Positions 1-9,186 of a stretch of DNA of 64,000 nucleotides are shown in pieces (position 1 is the stretch's first letter; each line of letters starts with the position of its first letter). The DNA is from Candidatus Kapaibacterium sp. Its GTDB lineage: Bacteria; Bacteroidota; Ignavibacteria; Kapaibacteriales; UBA2268. Made by a program: the position numbers and the translations under genes. Where the stretch lies: assembly GCA_963665665.1 (NCBI GenBank), contig OY762428.1, forward strand, positions 2,944,001-3,008,000, in the 5' to 3' direction. The notes under the pieces are model-generated. The model had not been told where the DNA came from and ran no database searches. It worked only from the letters and a program-made list of their open reading frames with translations.

Positions 1-144
1 TTTGTCAACATTTACTGCCAGACACTTGATATTTTTATGGGACGGTTTCCGGTAAGGGGAACATTTAGGACAGGTAGTTCTCTGTTCACCGCTACGGTTT
101 ATATTAATTCCGCTTATATTAAAATCTTCATATTGTCTGTTCAT
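1..144 (-). CDS. N-terminus (partial) of phage primase or primase-helicase, Zn-binding domain
   Basis: Own translation from ATG at 144: MNRQYEDFNISGININRSGEQRTTCPKCSPYRKPSHKNIKCLAVNVDK; CPxC...CLxVN resembles the Zn finger of Twinkle/T7-gp4-like primases; runs off the window. Confidence 0.65.
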   Translation of the reverse strand, partial: MNRQYEDFNISGININRSGEQRTTCPKCSPYRKPSHKNIKCLAVNVDK

Positions 145-331
145 AAGCATATCTCTTGATTGTATCAATGAAAGCCAACTCTGCAGCTTCTTCTGCATTC
201 ATCCTGCCTTCAAACTCCATGAGGGCAGCCCTTTCCTGAAAGATAAAGAAGTCAATCTCAGTAAAGAGTTTCTTCCTGTACTTCTCATCAAGTTTGATGT
301 ATTTCGGATCAGTTTCTAATTTCGCTTTCAT
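128..331 (-). CDS. Small phage hypothetical protein
   Basis: FQERAALMEFEG motif typical of small proteins in phage replication modules; overlaps both neighbours. Confidence 0.65.
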   Translation of the reverse strand: MKAKLETDPKYIKLDEKYRKKLFTEIDFFIFQERAALMEFEGRMNAEEAAELAFIDTIKRYAYEQTI

Positions 332-621
332 AAAACCATGTTTTCATGTGAAAAAAGTTTATTCTTAAATTCCAGTATATTTGCAGGCATCCATGTATTG
401 TAAGGCCAATTCATTGAGAATTCCAGCAATGTTTTCTCGAATTCCTGCTTTGACCATTCCTGTTTCTGCATCAGCTCAAAAGTGAAATCCACTTTCTTGC
501 GGAACCTGCTGCCATCATTCAGAAGATCCTGATCAGGAAACAGGGAATCCATTATTGCCAGGAGTTCATTCTTCTGCTGTAATCCAAGCCGGTCTTTGGA
601 CTTTTGCTTTGCCTGAGCCAT
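328..621 (-). CDS. Putative helicase loader/inhibitor-like phage protein
   Basis: Directly downstream of the initiator; AGGAGG SD; C-terminal WMPANIL resembles the P-x-x-I motif of loader-like proteins (inference). Confidence 0.5.
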   Translation of the reverse strand: MAQAKQKSKDRLGLQQKNELLAIMDSLFPDQDLLNDGSRFRKKVDFTFELMQKQEWSKQEFEKTLLEFSMNWPYNTWMPANILEFKNKLFSHENMVL

Positions 622-1483
622 TCAACCTCCTTTCCTGTTTGAATTTCTGAAGGAAAATGTCATAGTACATGACGCCGTCTTTGCTCTTATTTCGGAGCTT
701 ACAGGCCGATAGGAAATTACCTTTTTCACCCCAGAATGAATCTTTTCGTGCCCATTCAGCGATCTGGTATATTTCATCCCGTGGCCGCTTGTCAATGCGT
801 ATGAGCTTGTCGAAAGTATCACCCCAATTCCGAAAATCAGCATCAGTGATTTTTTGAGTGGGTGGTAAAAGAGTCCTGAAGTATTTGGCAAATTCCTGTC
901 CTTCCTCGGAAATCGAAGATTTCTGGGGAGAAGAAATAATATTTTCTTTTTTTTCCTTTCCTTTCTTTTCCTTTCCTTTGTTCATTTCTGTTCCGGATGT
1001 GTTGAACACCTGTTCGTCATCTGTTCCGTTTCCGTTCCGATTGTGTTCCTCTTCTGATGAATCATCGCTTATATCCTGTTCATCATCTGATTCATCCTGT
1101 TCAATTTTTTCCATAGCTTTCTTTCTTCTGACTTCGCCGGATTTCTTACCGGCCAGTTGTTTCTTTTCTTTAAGTTCAGAAACCTTTTCTATCGACTGTA
1201 GGAGCCTTTTGGAGAACAGATAACCTTCATCATCAAGAACCAATAATTCAATTGTCTGAAGGAACTTTATGAACTCAAAGGCTTCCTCAGAGGATATTTT
1301 CAGCGACCAGGAAAATACTTCGAGGTTATCTTCAAATTTTATCTTTCCGTTTTGCTCATGAAGCATTTCAATAAGCGCCCAAAACATCCCATATCCTGCC
1401 CATCCGTATTTAGACAGCAGTTTGATTATTTTCGGATCCCTCACGGCATTGGCATCGTGTGAGAAATAATACGCTTCTTTCAT
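566..1483 (-). CDS. Phage replication initiator / replisome organizer (DUF4373/Lin1244-like N-terminus)
   Basis: YYFSHDANAVRDPKI...GYGMFWALIEML N-terminus, acidic linker, KGKEKK tract, C-terminal DSFW...SACKLR domain. Confidence 0.8.
   Translation of the reverse strand: MKEAYYFSHDANAVRDPKIIKLLSKYGWAGYGMFWALIEMLHEQNGKIKFEDNLEVFSWSLKISSEEAFEFIKFLQTIELLVLDDEGYLFSKRLLQSIEKVSELKEKKQLAGKKSGEVRRKKAMEKIEQDESDDEQDISDDSSEEEHNRNGNGTDDEQVFNTSGTEMNKGKEKKGKEKKENIISSPQKSSISEEGQEFAKYFRTLLPPTQKITDADFRNWGDTFDKLIRIDKRPRDEIYQIAEWARKDSFWGEKGNFLSACKLRNKSKDGVMYYDIFLQKFKQERRLNGSGKAKVQRPAWITAEE
934..1102. repeat. Putative phage replication origin: iteron-like repeats plus pyrimidine/AT tract inside the initiator gene
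   Basis: TGTTC-like motif at 989,1000,1011,1022,1033,1044 (11-bp period), also 979,1077,1098; adjacent strand-asymmetric T/C tract 934-980. Confidence 0.55.
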
Positions 1484-1567
1484 TTATTTATATCCAGTTT
1501 GTTTTTATCATTATCATAATTTTAATTAGCAATGTGCTGGAATTATAAAATCACACGAGTGTGTCTT

Positions 1568-2155
1568 TCATAATAATTCTTGTTCTGGTTTTAGAATTTC
1601 ATAATTAAGTGTGTTGCCTAAATATTCAATATCACAATCCCGGTTTCCATAGAATAGGCGGTCAATATTTGAGCAAGATTTATCTCCACCGAACCTTTCA
1701 ATCAATTTGCTTATTGAATGCCTGAATTCTGACGGACTGCTAATTCCCTTATCAATTACGAACACAATCCGGAACCTTTGGAACTCAGGTTTATGGCTTG
1801 GAGTGGTGTATAGTAACAAAGCATTTTCCTGTACGAATTCATCTTCAAAGGCTTCATGAAAGGTCAAATATCCTTCCTCTATGGTCTTTATTCGCTTATC
1901 ATACTTCTTTGTAACCTTGTTATACTCCTTTACATCATTATCAATGTCTATAGCCAGAATACGGGCAAAATCGACATCTTTTATTGATGGTTTCCTGCCT
2001 GAAGCAGTCGGTTTTAATACTCCTGGAGAAAAGGCAAATCCATCGGAAATATGATCCTGAAGGTTTTCTCCGGAAAATTCCACATTTTGCCAGCCATAAG
2101 TAGCAGGATTGGCTTTGTTAATCATGTTTTTGTTAATGCTAAGTTGAAATTTCAT
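1568..2155 (-). CDS. Stand-alone primase-polymerase (AEP-like) domain protein
   Basis: LAIDIDND (DxD), YTTPSH...RFRIVF, DKSCSNIDRLFYG motifs; ATG at 2155 has a CAGGAG SD. Confidence 0.65.
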   Translation of the reverse strand: MKFQLSINKNMINKANPATYGWQNVEFSGENLQDHISDGFAFSPGVLKPTASGRKPSIKDVDFARILAIDIDNDVKEYNKVTKKYDKRIKTIEEGYLTFHEAFEDEFVQENALLLYTTPSHKPEFQRFRIVFVIDKGISSPSEFRHSISKLIERFGGDKSCSNIDRLFYGNRDCDIEYLGNTLNYEILKPEQELL

Positions 2156-2329
2156 TTCAATCTCCTGATTATAGTTTGAATTATTTGTTTGCGATGATTG
2201 CAAATAAACCCTGGATGAGCGAAATATTTAAACAAAGGGATTATAAAATATTTTTACATAATTAGGGTTGACAGCTGACAAGGATTTTCTTCATTTACAA
2301 TCAACTATCAACCTCCAATTATCAAATAA

Positions 2330-4291
2330 TCATGCTGCTTGTTCAGTTTCAATTTTCAATTCAGAATCACCTACCTTTGTAACAATCATCTGTAATCCGG
2401 ATTCCATGGCTTTGGATTTGAACTCATTGAAAGTATCCTGATCCAGTTTTTCAATTCCATCCACACAGATAATCCCAAGATCACCGGCCCTTAGTTTGGC
2501 AACCTCTACTGCAAGTTTCACCTGTTCAGCAGTATTCAGTTTGTCGAATACAACTTCCTTACTGTAAATCTCGCCGTCCTTGATTTCAAGGCCTTTTATT
2601 GGCAATACTTTCATCAGGTCGCTTTTCATATTATCAAGGTTACCAATAGCCTGTGACAGCTTCTCAGATTCTTCTTTAAGTTGTTTGCACTCTTCTTCGA
2701 ACTGCTGTAACAGTTCCCTTGTTTTCTCCTGGGAGGAAATCTCTTTCTGCTTTTCCTTTAACCCTGAAATCTTATCTACTAATGGAATATACTTTTCATC
2801 AAATTTGGTCTGGATATCTTCTTTCTGCTTTTCAAATTGTTCATGGATTCCCTGTTTGATTTCATCATGTTCATTCCTGAGCTTGTTTATCTCAGTTTCA
2901 AACCTTTCCGCTTCTTCATCGAGACTGGCGATCTTAAAATTTGTAGCTTTGTCAAGAAATAGGCTCTTCTTAGATTCCATATCTCCTTTTTTGTTTTCAA
3001 GCTCTTTAAGCCTTTCTGAAATTGATTCAGGCGAAATATCTGCTGTAGTAACAGATCCCTGCAATTGTGTCATTGTAGAAAGCTTTTCTTTCAAAGCCCT
3101 GTTCACTCCGGTTCTTTCGTCATAGAATTGCTTCTGAATTTTTGAAATAGCTTCGAGGGCATGTTCCGATAAATCTGCATTGACCTTTCCACTCATACCG
3201 TTAAGGTATTGCTCAAGATTTTCAGTTGTAATCTTCATCGGTATAGCTTCAAGCAGATAATTGACCCTGTTCTTCTTATCTGCCGATAAGAACTGCACCG
3301 GATTTACTGAAATCATATCTATCAGCTTGTCAATGTATCCTTGTGGCTTACTAATGCTGTTTCCTTCTGCATCATGAAGTTTGATATTAGACTTGCTGGC
3401 TGTTACTGTTTTGCTTAGATGAACACCATCATCAAGTACAAGAACGATTTCGCCTTTGTCAGTACCGTTCCTGAGAAGCTTTGCATCATGACCGCCTTTC
3501 AGGGCATGTTTGATGGATTCAAGTATACTGGACTTTCCTGTACCGTTCTTTCCTTCAATGAGAGTGAAATTACCCGGTGAGAATTCAATATCCTCTATCC
3601 CGAGCAAATTGGATATTTTTATCTTTTGAATATTCATGTCCGTTTCTCCTGGTTTATTATTCTTTGGTTTGTTTTGGAAGTATTCTTCCAGCTTTCTGCT
3701 CTGAATAAATTCAAGAAAAGATGTGAGCAGTTCATTTAAATCACTGTCCAGATCAGGATAGCGGTCAAATGAGAACTGCTCTATTCCTCTTAGCTGAATG
3801 CCGTTTTTTGCATCGTAGAAGCAGAATACATTGTAGCTGACTTTCTCTGCTTCAAATATGTCCATATAGTATTTCCATTGGCATGACTGAAAGTACCTTT
3901 CAAAGCTGAAGCCTCCCCAGCAGGTCTTGTTTTCATAAACATAGTTGCCGAATAGCTGGTCAACTTTAGCTACTACTTCAACCTGTTCATTTCCAATATC
4001 ATATACTTTCGTTGTCTTGACTTCGAACGATGCTTCCTGATTAATAGCCTGATAGCATTGGGCTATGATATCATAGTTAAACTCAATTCCGTTTTTGGCT
4101 ATGAAGCATTTCTTCTCTTCCGAATACCTTTCATTAATCTTTTCAAGAATATCATGGAACGCTGTTCCAAGTTCCATGTACCTTGATGGTTCATACTTGC
4201 CCCTGATTCGTTTCAGCAGGGCTTCCTCTTCTAATGAACCTTTCAGGTAATTCCGGAAAGATTCTATTGTTGTTACTGAGATTTTAAGCAT
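2330..4291 (-). CDS. PD-(D/E)xK nuclease fused in frame to a SbcC/Rad50/SMC-like AAA ATPase
   Basis: N-part GTAFH...KVDQL...YENKT...CQWKYY; from M219 GKNGTGKS Walker A, long coiled coil, LNTAEQ signature, ICVDGIEKLD Walker B. Confidence 0.8.
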   Translation of the reverse strand: MLKISVTTIESFRNYLKGSLEEEALLKRIRGKYEPSRYMELGTAFHDILEKINERYSEEKKCFIAKNGIEFNYDIIAQCYQAINQEASFEVKTTKVYDIGNEQVEVVAKVDQLFGNYVYENKTCWGGFSFERYFQSCQWKYYMDIFEAEKVSYNVFCFYDAKNGIQLRGIEQFSFDRYPDLDSDLNELLTSFLEFIQSRKLEEYFQNKPKNNKPGETDMNIQKIKISNLLGIEDIEFSPGNFTLIEGKNGTGKSSILESIKHALKGGHDAKLLRNGTDKGEIVLVLDDGVHLSKTVTASKSNIKLHDAEGNSISKPQGYIDKLIDMISVNPVQFLSADKKNRVNYLLEAIPMKITTENLEQYLNGMSGKVNADLSEHALEAISKIQKQFYDERTGVNRALKEKLSTMTQLQGSVTTADISPESISERLKELENKKGDMESKKSLFLDKATNFKIASLDEEAERFETEINKLRNEHDEIKQGIHEQFEKQKEDIQTKFDEKYIPLVDKISGLKEKQKEISSQEKTRELLQQFEEECKQLKEESEKLSQAIGNLDNMKSDLMKVLPIKGLEIKDGEIYSKEVVFDKLNTAEQVKLAVEVAKLRAGDLGIICVDGIEKLDQDTFNEFKSKAMESGLQMIVTKVGDSELKIETEQAA

Positions 4292-4302
4292 TTCTGACCT
4301 CC

Positions 4303-5265
4303 TTATTCAAAACTGAAATCCGGTTCCGGAACTGCTTCTTTTATTGTGGGAACTGCCCTTGCTTCGACAATTGTAATAGGATAAAATTTCTTGTCATTTT
4401 TGTTGAATTCAAGATTCAGCTCTTTTGCTCTTTGCTGAATTTTATCCCATAACTGCTTCTTAATTCCGTTTTTAAGTCCAGAAATATCCTGCATGAAAGA
4501 GTTTATTTCATCATCTGAACTCATGTTCTTTACTTTGCTGTTGAGATCATTGATTAGCTTTACTGTTTCAGCCTGGCTTTGTGTCTGTCCGTTTATTGCG
4601 TCTTTCATTTCCTGCATCAGGCCTGAAAAATAATCCGGCACACTGTTGAAATTTGGTATTTCCAATGCCGGAAACTTTGCTGAGTTCTTGCCAATCCAGT
4701 AATCAGTCGGATTGAAATCTATTGTTCTTTTATTATCCCGTATGAATAAATACCCTGCAAAATCTGCTGTCTGAAGAACCCTGTCATAGCTTCCCCCGGT
4801 TATTGCCGGTCTCTTTATCCTCAGGTCTCCTTCATCCTTTTCCTTTACATGGGCTATCATCACCACATCTTTGCCGAGGGTTTTGAGTTTGCCTACGAAA
4901 AGTGAAAACTCATCTTTCAACCTGCCGAAGAATTGAAGTTTGTTTCTGGCAAGTTTGGGTTCCTGATCAACTATCCATGCCCCAATGTAATCCAATAGGG
5001 TGTCTATAGTATCAAGAATGATTGTATCATACTGATTGAAAGTTTTAATCAGTTCTGACATATTATTATTTATCTGTTTCCATGATTCAATCACCATGAC
5101 GTCTTTTCGGAATTCGCTTCTGTGTACGCCCTTGTCAAAGTCAAGAGTCAGAGGCAATGATGCTGTGTTCACAAGGCTTGTTTTGCCTGCTCCGGGCTCG
5201 CCATAGATAAGTACATTTATCGTTTCTATGCGTAAGGGCTCATCGGATTTAACTATTTTAAACAT
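4303..5265 (-). CDS. Phage AAA_24 / Sak4-like ATPase
   Basis: LIYGEPGAGKTS Walker A, LDFDKG, IILDT, IAH motifs; ATG at 5265 preceded by AAGGAG. Confidence 0.8.
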   Translation of the reverse strand: MFKIVKSDEPLRIETINVLIYGEPGAGKTSLVNTASLPLTLDFDKGVHRSEFRKDVMVIESWKQINNNMSELIKTFNQYDTIILDTIDTLLDYIGAWIVDQEPKLARNKLQFFGRLKDEFSLFVGKLKTLGKDVVMIAHVKEKDEGDLRIKRPAITGGSYDRVLQTADFAGYLFIRDNKRTIDFNPTDYWIGKNSAKFPALEIPNFNSVPDYFSGLMQEMKDAINGQTQSQAETVKLINDLNSKVKNMSSDDEINSFMQDISGLKNGIKKQLWDKIQQRAKELNLEFNKNDKKFYPITIVEARAVPTIKEAVPEPDFSFE

Positions 5266-5267
5266 AT

Positions 5268-5408
5268 TCAAACTCCTTTATTTATCATTAGCATTGCAAT
5301 TATCAATAGGGCTATTGAGATGTAAATCCCAATCAGGGCTATCCTGCTGGCTTTTGTTCTTATCTCAGGGGAATAGTAATTCAGTTTCTTAAGTTTTATC
5401 TGTTTCAT
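5268..5408 (-). CDS. Small membrane protein (46 aa), absent from the ORF track
   Basis: MKQIKLKKLNYYSPEIRTKASRIALIGIYISIALLIIAMLMINKGV; GAGG SD; basic N-terminus and one TM helix; fills the operon gap exactly. Confidence 0.6.
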   Translation of the reverse strand: MKQIKLKKLNYYSPEIRTKASRIALIGIYISIALLIIAMLMINKGV

Positions 5409-5415
5409 ACTCGCC

Positions 5416-6606
5416 TCAATTCATTTTTAGCTGGTTATAAGATTTAACTGCCGGCCTGTCGTAATTCTCGATATTATCAAGAATATTTACAGAAGCGGTT
5501 TCCAGTTCGTATCTAAGATCCGGTTGAACGTTCTGTGCTAAGTAGGTAAGGCTCTGCACTGCTCCGAATCCCGTAGTATCCCTGCCGAGCATGAAATAGT
5601 TCAATAACTCGCTTTTTCTTTCTTCTGAAAATCCTAAAGAAACACTGATATTATTTACTGCATCTACCGGATGTTCAAGTAGCTTTGAACCTTTCATGGT
5701 CATTTCGTCAAGGACTTTACCTATATAATCTTCCGATAAATAGGCTGAAACAGCATCCTGAACCTGGCACTGGATTAGTTCAAGTTCTTTCTGCCTTGTA
5801 CTCTCGCTCCAGTCGAAAGTTCCTACATCCATCTTAGTTCCGAGGTGTTTCTCTGCAATTTTATCTTTGTGGAGAATCATTCCATTCCGGCAGGCTAAAA
5901 CTGTAAGCCTTGGAGCTATAGTAAATGTTGCATGACCGGTTTCTGAGTTGCTCAGAACAAATCCGGTACAAACTCCGAATCCTCCGTCATTGTTATTTCC
6001 GTTTGGAACATTGTAGTTCTTTAGAAGCTCCGGAGCAGATTTTACAATTTCAGGTGCTATAAATCTGACATACATTCTCTGTTCTGTCAGGTCTGCACTT
6101 TCAATGATTACATTCCTGTCCGAACTTTTTATAGCATCCAATGCGGTTATTAGTATATCAAGATGGTCAATCACTTTGAATCTGTCGCTTAAGAATGCCC
6201 TTCCTATTCCGTTTGAACCGTTACTACTGTTAAAAGTCCTCAAGAAATAGTTCGAAGGCTTTCTGCCTAACCATTCTGAAACATTGTAATCAAGCATTTC
6301 AACTGCTTCCGTTCTCATTTTCTCATAATACCTGCCTGGAATACCAAGCTTATCAGATATTTGAGCGTGGCATGAATCAGTCAGATCAAATATCTCATTA
6401 TCAGATTCTCCGGATGATGAAATACCTGATTCTTTGAGTAGATCCTGAAGCTCTCCATCTGATTCCTGATTCAACAGATTAAGCCTGCCCTCTCTCATTG
6501 AGATGGCTGTCGATGGGACTATCAAATCCCTTTTTCTGATCTTCTGACTTTCCAGTTTCTCAACCAGAACCTGTAAGTCAACTTTTGCAAAATTTTCTTG
6601 TTCCAT
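5416..6606 (-). CDS. DUF932-like phage/MGE protein
   Basis: QISDKLGIP..YY, RAFLSDRF, GFVLSNSETG, VLACRNGM motifs. Confidence 0.7.
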   Translation of the reverse strand: MEQENFAKVDLQVLVEKLESQKIRKRDLIVPSTAISMREGRLNLLNQESDGELQDLLKESGISSSGESDNEIFDLTDSCHAQISDKLGIPGRYYEKMRTEAVEMLDYNVSEWLGRKPSNYFLRTFNSSNGSNGIGRAFLSDRFKVIDHLDILITALDAIKSSDRNVIIESADLTEQRMYVRFIAPEIVKSAPELLKNYNVPNGNNNDGGFGVCTGFVLSNSETGHATFTIAPRLTVLACRNGMILHKDKIAEKHLGTKMDVGTFDWSESTRQKELELIQCQVQDAVSAYLSEDYIGKVLDEMTMKGSKLLEHPVDAVNNISVSLGFSEERKSELLNYFMLGRDTTGFGAVQSLTYLAQNVQPDLRYELETASVNILDNIENYDRPAVKSYNQLKMN

Positions 6607-6619
6607 TAGAATTTTCTCC

Positions 6620-6829
6620 TTATCTTTGATTTGAAATTTTAGTATTTCTGAAGGCCTTTTGAGTACCAGTCAAAGGGCTTTCTTCTTTTTTATGCTTAGT
6701 AATGTATTCTGCAATTGCTTCTCTAACCTGGACAGTAATTGGTTTTCTGATACCGTTCTGTTTCAGGTTTTCCCTTCTGAGATATAGCTCTGTAACAAGC
6801 TCCGGATCAATTTTCATGAAGTATGCCAT
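6620..6829 (-). CDS. Ribbon-helix-helix-like small DNA-binding protein
   Basis: N-terminal strand followed by helices ending VREAIAEYI. Confidence 0.5.
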   Translation of the reverse strand: MAYFMKIDPELVTELYLRRENLKQNGIRKPITVQVREAIAEYITKHKKEESPLTGTQKAFRNTKISNQR

Positions 6830-7217
6830 CTAACGCTCCTTCAGTTATTTTCAATCCAAGTTTGTTTAGAATAGGCGTAATCTCTGAAGAGCTTACAAGC
6901 CTTCCTCCGTTAACTGACCAGAATGTGTCGTACCACCATTTCAAGCCCGGGACTTTGAATCGCCATATTGAGAATTGAGGGATATTACTTTTAACCAGAA
7001 ATACAAAGACTTCGGTTTTATTCTCATCTACGAAACTTCCGATTGGCTCTGTATCAGCACCGGATTCTTTCCTGATGAACTGCTTAAAATCTTCATATTC
7101 ATTTTCTGCTATGATACATCCGTCCCATACTGCGATGGTATATCCTTCTGAATTTATCCAGTCATTCTCATCCGAGAACCATCTGGTTTTACCGTCTGCT
7201 TCAGTTGTTCTAATCAT
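6807..7217 (-). CDS. Phage hypothetical protein
   Basis: ATG at 7217 overlaps the upstream TGA (ATGA) and has a GGAGG SD. Confidence 0.6.
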   Translation of the reverse strand: MIRTTEADGKTRWFSDENDWINSEGYTIAVWDGCIIAENEYEDFKQFIRKESGADTEPIGSFVDENKTEVFVFLVKSNIPQFSIWRFKVPGLKWWYDTFWSVNGGRLVSSSEITPILNKLGLKITEGALDGILHEN

Positions 7218-7435
7218 GGTAAGTCCTCCGATCCCCAATTTCCGCTAACATTGTTCTGATCGGCTATTTTCTGGACTTCTCTTTCCAGCTTGACAGTTTC
7301 TGATTTTGATCTTGTTCCGAAATAGAATGATCGAAGATTGTAACTGACTCCGTCTGCTGAATACTTTGATTTATTTAAAGCTGACTTGAAAACCGAAAAA
7401 TCTTTTTCATCTTCGCATGTGAAAACTAAGTTCAT
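7214..7435 (-). CDS. Phage hypothetical protein
   Basis: ATGA overlaps with neighbours; AAGGAG SD. Confidence 0.6.
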   Translation of the reverse strand: MNLVFTCEDEKDFSVFKSALNKSKYSADGVSYNLRSFYFGTRSKSETVKLEREVQKIADQNNVSGNWGSEDLP

Positions 7436-7662
7436 AGCGTCTCCTTTTCAGATAGTTCCTCTATCGTGTCATCAACGGTCACCATAGAACCGCCAAGGTA
7501 ATCATGTTCTTTCAGTATTGCTGTCTTGATATGAGCGTACCAGTACATTTCTGCGCGGACTTTTGAATGCCCGTCGGGAATAATCTCTCTTGCTTCCTCA
7601 AGAAGCTCAAGCATTGCTTCTCTAATCTCTTCGAGCCTTTCTTTTGCACGGTCTTTTCCCAT
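7432..7662 (-). CDS. Phage hypothetical protein
   Basis: Helical acidic ORF inside the operon, AAGGA SD. Confidence 0.6.
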   Translation of the reverse strand: MGKDRAKERLEEIREAMLELLEEAREIIPDGHSKVRAEMYWYAHIKTAILKEHDYLGGSMVTVDDTIEELSEKETL

Positions 7663-7719
7663 GGTTTTTCCTTAATTAGTTGTAAATTGATTAATTATTT
7701 TTCCTGCATGGCAGGATGA

Positions 7720-8031
7720 TTAGCTCAGGTAAGTGGCTTTTAATCTCGCCATAACTTCATCTTTTTTTGATCTGCTCGGCGCCGGTTTTTGTACCATTAC
7801 CATCTTTTCTGTTCTTTGTCTTATATCCTGCATATTCAGTTCACAGGCCTTATAAAAATCTTCATATCTGTACTTTGGTAATGATCCGGAATATGTAAAA
7901 GGTTTAAGCCATTTATTCCTGACCCATCTGTACAGTTCCTTTTCACCGATTCCGAATTGGGTAAGCTCCCTTATATTATAAAGCTTCATTTTCAAGTATC
8001 CGTCGGTTTTATTATCAACTTTTTTCACCAT
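7720..8031 (-). CDS. MerR/excisionase-like HTH protein
   Basis: LYNIRELTQFGIGEKELYRWVRNKWLKP...YRYED winged-HTH pattern. Confidence 0.65.
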   Translation of the reverse strand: MVKKVDNKTDGYLKMKLYNIRELTQFGIGEKELYRWVRNKWLKPFTYSGSLPKYRYEDFYKACELNMQDIRQRTEKMVMVQKPAPSRSKKDEVMARLKATYLS

Positions 8032-8070
8032 GCTTCCTTCGATTCTTCTACAAAAAGGGTGATTTTATCA

Positions 8071-8349
8071 TCAAATTGCTGTTTTGTTATCACTGTAATT
8101 AGAATTATTTTCTAACTCTTCTAATTCTCTTTCGATATTAATGGATTTTGCATCTATCAGCTCCCTAAGAGCCCTTTTCTTACTTATCCTTGTTTCTGCT
8201 TCGTACTTAGCAGCAATTTCTAATGTCTCCGGATCATGTTGGACAAATATTCTGTGCCATGCCAATTGATGTGAACAACCGAGCTTCCGAGCGACTTTAG
8301 CCACTACCCCTCTACTTAGTACGCTGTTATATTTTCTCTGCTTTTCCAT
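8071..8349 (-). CDS. Cro-like HTH regulator
   Basis: AKVARKLGCSHQLAW HTH; first gene divergent from the CI-like repressor. Confidence 0.65.
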   Translation of the reverse strand: MEKQRKYNSVLSRGVVAKVARKLGCSHQLAWHRIFVQHDPETLEIAAKYEAETRISKKRALRELIDAKSINIERELEELENNSNYSDNKTAI

Positions 8350-8401
8350 CTTAACTCATAATTTATTTGTTAATATTTGTAATTTTTTGTAAATTACGTT
8401 T

Positions 8402-8473
8402 AAATAGATTTGAAATCTATTTTCAAAAACAAAAATAGAAAATATTTCTAATATATGCAAGAAATATTTTCTC
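8402..8473. promoter_or_regulatory. Putative CI/Cro operator cluster
   Basis: 15-bp AGA-N7-TCT dyads at 8405-8419, 8436-8450 and 8459-8473; the first lies in a perfect 21-bp palindrome 8402-8422. Confidence 0.55.
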
Positions 8474-8500
8474 ATTCAGAAAATTTTTGTTGAGGGAATA

Positions 8501-9169
8501 ATGAAAGAAAACAACAGAGAGATCGGAGAGAGGATATTTAACGTCATAAAAGAGCTGGAGCTTACGGTTGATAAGTTTGCCGATGCTGTGGATACTACGA
8601 AATTCCGGTTGTACAGTTATAAGGCCGGCAAGGCTGAAGCTCCTCAGGACTTATTAGAAACATTAGAAGAAAAGTTAGGAATAAATCCTAAGTATATTAG
8701 AAAAGGTGAAGAACCAATGTTCTTAGGTAATACGGCTATTGCTCAAAGGCCTGCACCAAAAAATCTTGAATTATTTGGTGTGGAATCCAGGGAAGACAGA
8801 AGGATCCCGGTATTTCTGATGCCTGTTCCTGCAGGAAGTCCAAGCCCTATAGATGATTACATCGACCGATATTTCAATATTGATAAACTTTTTAAGCAGA
8901 AGTCATTTATCATAAAAGTAACTGGCGATAGTATGATCGAAGCGGATATCAAGGAAGGCGACGAGTTGCTGATTGATGTCGAGGTTCAGTACCGGGATAA
9001 TGATATTGTAATTGCATCTGTCGAAGGTAATCTAACACTAAAAAGGATTAAAAAGGTTAATGGTTATACATTGCTTCACCCCGAAAACCCAAAGTATGAA
9101 CCGATTAAGGTTGACGGGGATACACAAATTCTTGGGGTCGTCACCAGAATAATGAGGACGCCCAAATAA
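8501..9169 (+). CDS. CI/LexA-type repressor (HTH + S24 peptidase)
   Basis: N-terminal HTH, PAG cleavage site, VTGDSM catalytic Ser, TLKR catalytic Lys. Confidence 0.9.
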   Translation: MKENNREIGERIFNVIKELELTVDKFADAVDTTKFRLYSYKAGKAEAPQDLLETLEEKLGINPKYIRKGEEPMFLGNTAIAQRPAPKNLELFGVESREDRRIPVFLMPVPAGSPSPIDDYIDRYFNIDKLFKQKSFIIKVTGDSMIEADIKEGDELLIDVEVQYRDNDIVIASVEGNLTLKRIKKVNGYTLLHPENPKYEPIKVDGDTQILGVVTRIMRTPK

Positions 9170-9186
9170 CTTATTAGGAGGCTGTC

